DNA of 63,993 bases, counting the filler, from Vannella sp. (Eukaryota), in the NCBI GenBank assembly GCA_023345925.1. It is 7 parts of 7 records of this genome, joined end to end, with 100 filler letters (N's around TTAATTAATTAA, not from the genome) between each part and the next. Parts side by side here need not be neighbours in the genome. Positions count along the whole stretch, not along the records: positions 1 to 10,025 come from JAJQQN010000912.1; positions 10,126 to 17,456 come from JAJQQN010000534.1; 5 more parts are not named here. One strand, 5' to 3'. The position numbers were made by a program, and so were the translations under genes. Shown here in pieces: positions 1-10,153 of this stretch (position 1 is the stretch's first letter; each line of letters opens with the position of its first letter). The notes below the pieces were generated by a model. That model saw only the letters and a list, made by a program, of their open reading frames with translations, was not told the origin of the DNA and did not search any database.

Positions 1-183
1 GATTCCGGCATAAAGGAGAGTTCCTCCCGGCCTCTCCGCTTTTCTGTGCCTGATATGATTCGTGCCAAGTGATGACTCTTGTGCCCGTTAGAGTTGGGAA
101 TGGAATGTGACGTTGGATAAGGATGCTCTCTCACAAGGAATAGCTTCTCCCTTCCCATTGGTGACGAGGGGATCAATCTCTGT

Positions 184-1011
184 TTACTTCTCTTTGTACA
201 AGCATGCTTCTTGATCTCCTAATTGACATGCGCGTTCGAACATGGCTCGGGCTTGAGCAGGCTGGTTCAAAGTGGCGTGGATCCAGCCGGAGAGAGCGAA
301 AGGCTCGCTCTCCTCCAAACCGTGAGCCTTTTCGACAGCGGTAAGCGCTTCATTGTACTTCTTGGACGCTACTAGAAGTGTTCCATAGCTCAGACAGCCC
401 TCTGGAGATCCTAAATCGCACGATTGTCGGTACGCTTCCTCAATCAAGGCGTCCTTCTTGGGCTCTTGCGATTCAAGAACAGCAGCATAGCTCAAGCATC
501 CATCAGAGTTCTTTTGATCGCATGCGTAGGCCAGTAGCTTGATCCCTGCCTCTTGATCTTGATGCGGATGTTCATCAGAGACGAGAATACTTCCCGCTTG
601 CACGCAGCACGCTGAGTCGCCATCTGCACACCCTTGCTGAAGAGCAACCACTACCCTAGGTATCTCCTCCTCCCCAGCAGAGAGGCCGTTGGCAGCGTAG
701 AGCATACACCCTGTTGGATCATGCGCTTCCATGCACTGCCGAAGGAAGCACTCTTGGGAGCGGTTGAGAGCCTGTAGTGCCTCTTCAGGATGCCCAGCGC
801 TCGTATGGAACGCAGAGATCATCAGGCAGCTCCTTCCAGAGGCTTTATCGCACCCAATACCAAAGTACCGATGAGCAAAGGTGGGATTAGCTTCCACACT
901 CCCTCGTCCTAGCATGTACAGCTTCCCCAGCTGGTAGCAGAGATCACCATCACCTTCCTTACACGCAACATGAGAGCGCTGAACCCACTCGTACAACTCT
1001 TCTTCCTCCAT
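184..1011 (-). CDS. Sel1-like/Hcp cysteine-rich repeat protein (COA7-like)
   Basis: Repeated ~36-aa units of the form AC..GD...C..LG..Y (ACKEGDGDLCYQLGKLY, GCDKASGRSC, ACDQKNSDGC, SCDLGSPEGC, ACQLGDQEAC); ATG at 1011; no intron needed. Confidence 0.75.
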   Translation of the reverse strand: MEEEELYEWVQRSHVACKEGDGDLCYQLGKLYMLGRGSVEANPTFAHRYFGIGCDKASGRSCLMISAFHTSAGHPEEALQALNRSQECFLRQCMEAHDPTGCMLYAANGLSAGEEEIPRVVVALQQGCADGDSACCVQAGSILVSDEHPHQDQEAGIKLLAYACDQKNSDGCLSYAAVLESQEPKKDALIEEAYRQSCDLGSPEGCLSYGTLLVASKKYNEALTAVEKAHGLEESEPFALSGWIHATLNQPAQARAMFERACQLGDQEACLYKEK

Positions 1012-1155
1012 CCCCAAAATGGCTCCCCTCGGTCGACTTCCCTCAACTTCCTCTAAAAAAGAATTTAAAACTTGTTCCGTTGGAAGCAGAATTAATTGCT
1101 TGTTATCCTAGAAATTCGTGATTCTTGGGCATTTCCTTGGACACCCTTGCGGAAC

Positions 1156-4100
1156 ATGGGGTCGCCTCCGCCTTGGTCAGGGGCGTGGGGAGATGCCCGG
1201 TGGCTTCTTGTGCTGTTGGTACTGATGACAGAAACGATGCATCCCACCTGTGCAGAGCACGGAGACCATACCATGGACACCTTCAAGGACTCTTGGTACG
1301 AATGGCCTTTGCAGGGTAAGCGAAGGGCTCCTCGTGTTGGCCGTCACATGATGGACGGACTTCATGAACCTGGCTCATTTATACCTTCTAGATATGAAGG
1401 ACGTGATCGATCGTATCCGGGAGGCCGAGAATGAACGGGTAAATGGCTCGACTCTCTTCAACACCTTCGATGTGTTCCCCAACATCCCTGATTACCAAGA
1501 GAACATCTTCTACACGCTATACAGGTATGTATTGGAGTGTATTCAGCTTACTTTAGGCCGCTAACACCACAATAGAACCTACTTTGAGGATCTGGAGCGC
1601 AACAAGTACGTGCAGCGGAGCCTGATCGAGCCCTTTGACTACGAGCCAACGACGTACACTCAGTTTCAGTTCATTCCACCTGTTCTCGACTTTGGACAAC
1701 GGTAGGAGGCTCCAAAGAGCACCAGAGTTGGTGGTGACAGGGAAACGTAGGACTATCTGCATGGCTGTGATCCAGAACGTGACCATGAAGAACATGCTTC
1801 TTGAGGAAGTCGAAATCCACAGTATTTCGGCCCGCACGCCCAACTTCATTGTCCCGCCGCCCTCCAAGAGCCTTTTACGTCCAGGTGATGATCTCCTCAT
1901 CGAGGTTGCTCTGCTTCCACGTGTACAGGACCGTCTAGAGGATGTTCTGGTGATAGAGACAAGTGCAGGAACTTACTTTTATCGGTTGTCCGCCACTGTC
2001 GGTCACAATCCTTACCTCCTTTCGCCCCTCATCGGCAAACACATCTCTGTGGACCACGCGTACACTCCTAGTATTGAAATGTTCAACTCTCACCCTGAAG
2101 TACTTCAAATAGGCAAAGTATTCACCTCCGGGGGCTTCTTGAACTTGCCCTATCAAGGAGACACGCCTTTGGAGTTCTGGCAAGTCAATTCATTCGAAAC
2201 TCGTTCTATTATTCGTTTGAACTTCCTTTCGCCCGTCCCTGCTTCGTTCCGTGGGATAGTGAACATCATGACTCAGCACAATACGGTTATTACTTTGCCT
2301 GTGGAGATCTTTGTGCATCAGGGGGAGCTCGTAGCGAATCCTCTGGCGATTGACTTTGGTGTGCAGCTCTCTTGGCAACACCAGCTCTCGCGGGACATCA
2401 TTTTGTTGAATTCGCAAGCCTATCCTGTGAATGTTCTTCAAGTAGCAACCACGCGTGATGACTCTTCGATCTCCATTAGCTCAAAGCCAATCACCTTAAG
2501 CCCTGGTGAGAGTGTTGTCATTGCTGTCATCACTCACACGGCTACGAAGGTGGGCCCATTCTCAGGAAGCATTTCGATTATGACAGATGATGTCAACCTC
2601 CGGTACAGCGAGATAATCATTCCCTACTCTGGAGTTGAAGTCTCTGGGAAGTTGATTTACAATCCCCGTGATACAGCTTTCCTCCTTCGAGCTACGGGAT
2701 ACTCTGAAACTCGCTCTGTTGCCCTTTTGCATCACTTTACCCAACCGCTCAAGGTCTACTCTGCTTCAGTGGTCTCGGAAGCATTCCGAATTGCCAGTTT
2801 TGAAGCTGGTGCTGTCATACGGCCTAATACTCCGTGGAGTGGGTTAACTCTGCAGTTCTCGGGTCGGGCTCCGCGGTTTGGTTCTGAAGCGGTCGTTCGC
2901 TTGGAAACTAATCTGACAACATTGGAGGTTCCTCTGACTACATACCATGGACGCTTGGAGGCCCGAGTCGTGGACCAGCAGGCTGCTTTGACTGCAACTG
3001 TGCCAACCCTGGATAGTGTCACTCGGATTGACTTTGGAGTTACTGTGCTCAATGAGATTGCCACTCGGGTCTTGAACATCAGCAATCCCAATCCCCTGAC
3101 AGTGCAGGTGAGCTCTATCTCCATCACCCTGCCAAAGGTGCAGATGCGCCTCGAGGGAGTCTATGATGCCTTTGGGGTTCGGCAGGATGCGGCTCACTTT
3201 CATACCACGCACTTTGCACTTGAAGCAGGGCAGTATGGACTCTTTCTAGTGCAAGTCATCTGTTCTAAAGAGGAGCTGGGTCTTGGATTTGTTCATTTCC
3301 ACTACAACACCAACTCTGCTCTTCCAACTGAATCACTGGATATCCCTATTGCCTATCATGCCATGCGTGGTACTTTAAATCTGTTGCCTGGTCAAATCTC
3401 CTTCTCCCCGTCATTCCCCGGAAGAGTGGTTACGAAGAGTATCACTGCAAAGAGTACTTACTCCAAACCGCTCACGATTCGCTCTATTCAATCCAGCGAC
3501 CCTCGCATCATTCCTTTGATTGTCAATGCAACGATTCCTCCTCACAGGCGAATGGAGATAGCTACTGTGACGTTTGATCCAACATTAGGACCTTCTGAAG
3601 ACAACTATATGCTCTCCGTGTCCACTCAAGTGCAGCAGACATCCCATGAGATCGACAATTTCGCTGCCCAGATTGACGCTCGCAATATGGCTGCCCGTGA
3701 TGAGGTGTGGGACCGCCTGGAACAACAGGGGATGGATATGATTAGTGGGTCGCTCATAATCAATACGGACGTTGTCAGTGGGCATATCATCTCCTTTCGA
3801 GCTCCCCTGACTCGCCCCTCCGTCATCGCGGGGAATGATATTGAATTTCCTCTCACCCAAATTGGAGGGACAAGCGAGCTCTTAGTTCCAGTGATTAACC
3901 CCTCCGACAGACCCTTGCAAGTCCAAATCTTCTGTGAGATAATCCAAGAGAGTGGAGAGCGCACCAACTGCCCTCCCCACTTCTTGCTGCCTCCCACGGC
4001 TGAGGACCGCACGTTTGTGGTGTCTCCACGCTCTGCATCAAATATTGGGCCCATTTACTTTGCTCCCACGGACAGTCAGCCCTGTTATGCTGTCCTGCAC

Positions 4101-6398
4101 CTGAAGAACAACCTCACCATCTCTGAGTCCATCAATCTGTTTGGACAAGGAGGAAGCGGTCATTTTGTTCTTGAAGGGGGCGAACTTGCTCTTCGTGTGA
4201 CTCACAGCGAGCTGGAGGAATGCTCAAATGTCACTCGCTTGCCTCTTGTCCTTCACAGGCACTTTGTGGGACACAACGCTGGTAACTTGCCCGTGAGAGT
4301 GAATGGTATGAGTCTAGGTCGGGGAGGCTGCAAGGAAGGTGGATTCCTCATTGAACCTTGCGAGCCCTTCTCTTTGCAGCCAGGAGAAAGCCGCAAACTT
4401 CACCTTTTCTACCAGCCAGACTGGCGATCCGGGTGGATCCAACGGTCATTGCGAGTGGCAACTCCCCACGGAGACATCAACATACCGATGGTTGTAGAGC
4501 TTCCTATGGACTCTTTGCCGCTATGTGCAGCTACCCATCCAACCTCTCCTCTCCACCAGTCCCATCGAAGTGGAATAATCACTTTTGCTCTAGTCACTTC
4601 CATCCTATTTGCAGTGTGGACTTGCTACGAGCTGTTCATGGCCAAGCCAAGGAGCTCTCTCTCTCTGGAACTGTCCGTGGAGAATAGGGGCCGAGATTAC
4701 TCCAAAGGCACTCTTCCGTTGTACCTCCATTCATTCCATGAGACTCCTTCTCCTCCCCCGCTTCCGCTTGCTTTACCCGAAAAGGCATCTTGCAAAGCAG
4801 AAATCGATGCCTTTGTGGCCTCACTTCCTCGTGGGGCTCCCCTCAAATGCCCCAAACACTTTGAAGTCAAATCAATCGCTCCTTCATCGCCTCCAAAGCA
4901 AGAGGATCCCTCCGCCTCGCTTTCTGTACCAGTTAGCGTTCCACTCTCTCCTGCTAGTGTTCAAGTTATCCCAGTCCAAGAGGAGGTGAAACCGCCCGTT
5001 TCTACTAACCCAGTCGTGGTAGCTGCACCCGTGTTCCTTCCTTCCTCCCCGCCAGGAGAAAGGAGGCCACGGAAACCTCGGGTCAAGATCAATCCAGTTC
5101 CAGAGGTGGCTTTAATCCCCCTACCAAAGGAAGCAAAGCCACAGGCACTCCCGGAGAAGAAAGAGAATCCAACTCCTCCTGCTCTTTCTACTCGCGCTCC
5201 TTCTCCTCCTACTCCTCCCGCCCCCACTCTCCCCCCTCCTATTGTCTCTCCTGTTGTAGTTGAGGTAGTAGCCGAAAGGCCAGTGCCAGAACGTGGGAAT
5301 GGCCGGAAGCCTCGCGAAGAGAAGGCAAAACTGTCCCTCAGAAAGAGTGATCCGACCCGTTTACTCAACGATAACCCTCTTCGCCATTCTATCCCGACCA
5401 CGCAGCCAACAGTCCATTTGAAGAAGATTGTGGCAAGTGGCAACAGGGACACCAAGGGCCTTCGGAGTACATCAGATGCTATTCAGACTCTGCCCGTGGG
5501 AGAGTCTCTGACAGTCACTGACAAGCTCCCCTTGGAGTTGACTTCGCCCAGAAACAGTATTCCTCCTCGCGTGCCACGAGAGACTGCCTCGAAGGAAGAG
5601 CCCATCATCTCGAAGAAGGCCCCGCATTCGGTTCGGGCGCCTGTGGAAGGAAAGCTGGGAAAGGGGAGAACCCCCGCAACTCGTGGGGGAAAGCGGCCAG
5701 AGATAGGGGAACGTCCCAAACTTGTTTATGTCAAGAAGGCTGCACCCGTTCCCGCACCCCCGGAACTCTCTCCCGAACCGCCTCTTCCCCCTCTTCGCAT
5801 CCTTGCTCGCCCCCAGCAAGTGATTCCGTCAGCCAACTTCATTCCTCGGCCACCGCAAGTGCTTCCCACTCCTGTGGAAGTCCCCTATCGACCTCCCTCT
5901 CCCCCCAAGCAAACAGCCCTCCCTTGGGAAGTCCCCTCTCCCCCCTCCAGACACATTCATGCCACAAGAAAGGTGTCAGATGGGGTCAAGGGCATTGGAA
6001 TGCTCCGTTCCGATGCAGACTTGATGGTGCACGAGCATGAATTGGCTTATTGCAGTCAGCATGGCGCTATTGGAGAGCCCACTAGGCCCTTTGGCTCCTC
6101 TACAAGCCCTTCTCGATGGAATGATCCTTTCGCCTTGCCCAACCAACACTATCCGATGGCGTTCCCCCCCAATGCCCAACCGGACCGAGTCGATCCCTGG
6201 CTAAGCGGAGGCAGCTTCTTGATGCCCCCAGAGCCTTTCTTTAGCAATGTCCCTCCTTCGGCGTATGTACCGCATCAGCATCCGACGGACTACCACACCT
6301 GGGGAGCCCCTCCCCAGTCTCCAGTGCCTTCTTCCTCTCCTCAGTACAGAGCTGCCCCCACTGGCGAATCCCGCTCTCCCACCTATCAGCTCTTCTGA
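1156..6398 (+). CDS. TMEM131: Transmembrane protein 131 homolog (multi-Ig/ASH domains, TM helix, Pro-rich disordered tail); several short 5' introns
   Basis: Signal-peptide-like start (RWLLVLLVLM); family motifs GHNPYLLSPL, LKNNLT, HNAGNLPVRVNGM...C...GF...CEPFSLQPGES...FYQPDW; TM GIITFALVTSILFAVWTCY; donors gtaag ~1316, gtatgt ~1525, gtacgt ~1607. Confidence 0.85.
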
Positions 6399-6479
6399 GG
6401 AAGGAGTCGCTCATAAAGTAGCCAAGAAGCCATAACCATAACGAAGCTTGTTGGGACCTTCAATTGGGAAGCGGACGGC

Positions 6480-8543
6480 TTAGTCGACAGTGACGACCTT
6501 GGCGAGGTGTCTGGGGTGGTCAGGGTCATTTCCACGGAGCAGTGAGAGCTCGTAAGCGATCAACTGCAAGGGCAACACAGCGAGGAGAGCAGTGAGAGGG
6601 CCGTTGCTGGGAATAAGAATGTTCTCGTCCGCAATGTCAAGAGCGGGGTCGTTCGTGATGGCAATGGTGAGAGCGCCACGTACTTTAACCTCCTCCAGCG
6701 CAGTCTTCATCAAGTTGCGATGTTGGTCGTTGAGAACGATCAAGATGACGGGGGTTCCCTTCTCAATCAGAGCGAAAGGTCCGTGCTTGAGAGCGCCACC
6801 AGGATACCCCTCAGCATGGAGGTAAGTGATCTCCTTGATCTTCAGAGCTCCTTCGCGAGCAATGGCCTCCGCAAAGCCCTTCCCGAGCACAAAGCAGCTG
6901 TGCTGGTGGAGCATCATCTCAGCCACACGCTTGCACTGATCGCGAAGGCGGTTCACAGTCATCCCAATGTTAGTGGGAAGGCGATGGAGAGCATCCACCA
7001 GCTGCTTGCGGCGTTCAGCCTTTGCAGCATTGCCAGGGCGACGTGCAGAGAACCACAAAGCCACCAGTGCCAGGACAGTCACTTGGCAAGTGAAAGACTT
7101 GGTGGAAGCCACCGCCTTCTCACGTCCAGCGTTAAGGTAGACACCGCAGTTGGTCGTACGAGCAATCAGCGAGCGCACCACGTTCACAATCGAGAAGGTA
7201 GGGATGCCTGACTCTTCAGCAAGAACCAAGGCACGGTGGACATCCTTGGTCTCTCCACTTTGGGAGAGAACCAGCATGCCAGCGCCGTGCTGGGGGATAG
7301 AATCGTGGTTGAACTCTGAAGCGTCCTCCACAATGACTGTGTTGAAAGAGGAGAGCCAGCTCATCATCTTCGCACCGTATAACGACGCAAAGTACGAAGT
7401 TCCGCACGCCGCGATGACGAGGTTCTCGATGGAGAGCATTCGGTCACTGTTCGCGTCCAGACCTCCCAACTTGGCGTTGGAGTCACCAACCAGACGTCCT
7501 CCATAGTTGAGGGCCTTGCTTACAGCGTGGGGCTGCTCGAGGATCTCTTTGATCGTCCAATGCTCGTACGGGGCGGGGGTCAGCTCAATCACCTCATCAG
7601 GGGCCAACTCAACGCGGGAGATGTCCAGAGAACACTTGTCTGCATTCACAACAGCTACTTCACCATCCTGCAGGGCGATGAACTCCTTTGTGTGTTGAGC
7701 AAAGGCAGAGGGCTCTGATGCAACAAACATGCGCCCTTGGCCGATACCCAAGAGCATGGGGGAGCCGTTCTTCACTGCGATAATTGTTGTGGGATCCTCA
7801 CGATCGATTACAGCCAAGCCCCAAGTCCCCTGAAGGCGCTGTTGTGCTCTTTTGACAGCCTCAAGAGTGGTCTCACCGGTCTTCACGTAGTAGCCAATCT
7901 AACGAGGCTTATAAGTCCAACGTACACGTTCCAAGAGGTTGCTTACAAGCTGCGCGATAACCTCGGTGTCTGTCTCGCTGAGGAAGACAACCCCCTTTGC
8001 TTGAAGCTCCTTCTTGAGCTCTGCGTAGTTCTCAATCACTCCATTATGACTGTAAAAAGTGAGTAAGAGGTTGAGTAACTCAGGAAGAGCTGCAACCTAC
8101 ACAACAGCGATGCGGTTGTCGTTATCGTGATGAGGATGAGCGTTGGCGTCGGTCTTTCCTCCGTGAGTAGCCCAGCGAGTATGTCCAATACCAATGGTAT
8201 GTCCAGCATGACGAGCTACACATAAAGTCAGTATTACCTTTCAAAAAGAGGGCGAGCACAAACCAGGAGCGAGTTGGCTGAGCTTGTTCATAGAGTCCGA
8301 GGTGGTATCATCAGAAGCATACTTGGTGCACACAAGAACCTTCTCCGGAGCGATAGTCGTGATACCAGCAGAGTCATAACCACGGTTCTCAAGGATGCGA
8401 AGTCCGTCCAACACATAAGAAGAAGCCGTCCCACTCCCAACATAACCAATGATCCCGCACACCTCGGACGTGTTCACAGAACTATCCAATCTCGCAGTTG
8501 CAAGATGATTCGACAAACTCGCCAAGCGCCTCTGTGATGACAT
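6480..8543 (-). CDS. GFAT: Glutamine:fructose-6-phosphate amidotransferase (GFAT/GlmS), 4 exons, with a 28-aa N-terminal extension
   Basis: [47 protein letters not shown] and C-terminal [13 protein letters not shown] introns at about 8266-8217, 8098-8051 and 7945-7899. Confidence 0.95.
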
Positions 8544-8582
8544 GTCCGGTAGAGAAGGCTTTCGGCAGAAATGGAATTCCCG

Positions 8583-8603
8583 CCTAAACTAAACCCTAAC
8601 CCT
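8583..8603. promoter_or_regulatory. Degenerate telo-box (CCTAAACTAAACCCTAACCCT) in the divergent promoter between GFAT and the NBR1-like gene
   Basis: AAACCCTAA core in the ~170-bp head-to-head intergenic spacer. Confidence 0.45.
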
Positions 8604-8713
8604 CTCTTTCGATCTATTCAGAATCGATCGAAAGAGATGAAACGAGATTTCAAGTTGACTGTTTACAAGGCTCATTCTTAAACAGTCGCGGGGTGCAAAC
8701 TGGCCGTCTGACG

Positions 8714-9636
8714 ATGGGGACTCTGATTCCTTCTGGGGCGCTGGTGTCGCTGAAGGAGAAGGAGTGGAGTGCGCCATTGTGCTACAACGATCTTAAACAG
8801 ATGTTACAAAAGGTGGAGCCTGGCGAACTTCAGCTTTACTATATCGATGATGAGAGCGATCGTGTTGCATTTAGCAGTCAGGAGGAGTACTCCAGTGCTT
8901 TCCAATGGCTGTCAAAGCCTAAGAGGATGGAGATTGAGATCGTTGTCACAAACCCCCAGCCAGAAGCAGTTGCGAAGACAATACAACCGCTTCATGAGCA
9001 GCCAACTCTTCCAACGGTCCCTAAGTCCGGCCACCTTGGTGAGTACTCCTCAGTCCTCGTTCTTAAGAGCGCATTCACTCACTGAGTGTAGTGTTTCACC
9101 TCTCAGCGCCGGTGCCAACAAAAGAAAAGATGGTCGAAGAAAAGGAAGCGCTGGCTGCTTGCTTGTTCAGTGATCTCCCTAGTGACGAACCCAAACAGCG
9201 AAGGAACCGAGTTCTGACGTAAGTAGCGGTCTCTGGTGGCGCAGATCGCTGATACGCCCTCAGATCGAAGCCGAAGATTGGCAAGAAGACGATGGCAGTG
9301 TTCGCTGGACATCTCACTGTCTCTGACATGACTCCAATACCCGCTGGCATGACCTTCAGGAAGTACTGGAGAGTAGAGAACCATGGGACGAACCGATGGC
9401 CGATAGGAAGTCGGCTGGTCTCGGTGGATACGACTGGATCAAGCCCTGACAATGGAAAGACAATCACCATTCCCACAGAGGACCTTCCCTTCCCCGGGTT
9501 CTACGCAGATGTCTGGGTGAAGCTGACAGCCCCCTTGCAACCAGGCGTATACACCAGCTACTGGCGCATGGCAGACGCTGAAGGCAACCGCTTTGGCGAG
9601 CGATTCCGTGCCAAGTACCAGTCTGTGGTAGCTTGA
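8714..9636 (+). CDS. PB1 + NBR1-type Ig/FW domain protein (minimal NBR1/ILRUN-like); 2 introns
   Basis: PB1 acidic motif LYYIDDESDRVAFSSQEEY; FW domain FRKYWRVENHGTNRWP...LTAPLQPGVYTSYWRM...GNRFG; donors gtgagt ~9039 and gtaagt ~9219. Confidence 0.8.
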
Positions 9637-9802
9637 AAAGGGAGCCTGCATTCCAGCCTGTGTGGAGGACGACCCAACTTGACCAGAAGAATGTAAAGCC
9701 TGGGGACTCGGCAACAACCCATGTAAACAATGCTAAATAGCCGCAGATTGACCTGCGATATAAATAATCCGAGAATATAAATAAACCCTCACATGACGAC
9801 CG

Positions 9803-9824
9803 TAAACCCTAAACCCTAAACCCT
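9803..9824. repeat. Interstitial (TAAACCC)3 plant-type telomeric repeat / telo-box
   Basis: taaaccctaaaccctaaaccct read directly. Confidence 0.85.
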
Positions 9825-9847
9825 GACTTTCTTGGAGGCACTTTGTG

Positions 9848-10025
9848 ATGAGCTGGGAAAGGGGGCCAAGTCGCCTGCGAGCCTCCGAGGACTTGGAATG
9901 GGTGGAACGCCGTCTGAATCTCCTCCCAGAGGATCTGAACAAGGTACTGTCCCTGATTGGGGACACCTTCCACAGAACTCACCGTTTGGCGTTGCTTTTA
10001 GTTGGTGAGGAAGTGATCTCTCCCC
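9848..10025 (+). CDS. 5' fragment of an unidentified gene, truncated by the contig end
   Basis: ATG 9848 (MSWERGPSRLRASEDLEWVERRLNLLPEDLNK), donor gtactg ~9944, acceptor cacag ~9975. Confidence 0.4.
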
Positions 10026-10125
10026 NNNNNNNNNNNNNNNNNNNNNNNNNNNNNNNNNNNNNNNNNNNNTTAATTAATTAANNNNNNNNNNNNNNNNNNN
10101 NNNNNNNNNNNNNNNNNNNNNNNNN
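10026..10125. other. Artificial contig linker (N-run, TTAATTAATTAA, N-run); identical linkers at 17457-17556, 31850-31949, 41751-41850, 51049-51148 and 59933-60032
   Basis: The same 100-nt structure, with stops in all six frames, occurs six times. Confidence 0.98.
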
Positions 10126-10153
10126 GGAGAGTCTGACAGGAATGATGTTTCAG

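Noticed and set aside
1..158. Possible gene start on the minus strand (MGREKLFL followed by an intron)
   Set aside because: Too short and truncated by the window edge to support a call
6480..8543. Split or frameshifted housekeeping ORFs (also USP7, PreP, CAS1, RAD9, PIP5K) read as pseudogenes or as an alternative genetic code
   Set aside because: The breaks examined are explained by short GT-AG introns under the standard code
10026..10125. TTAATTAATTAA palindromes flanked by N runs, six times
   Set aside because: Artificial contig-joining linker; ORFs running into it and gene adjacency across it have no biological meaning
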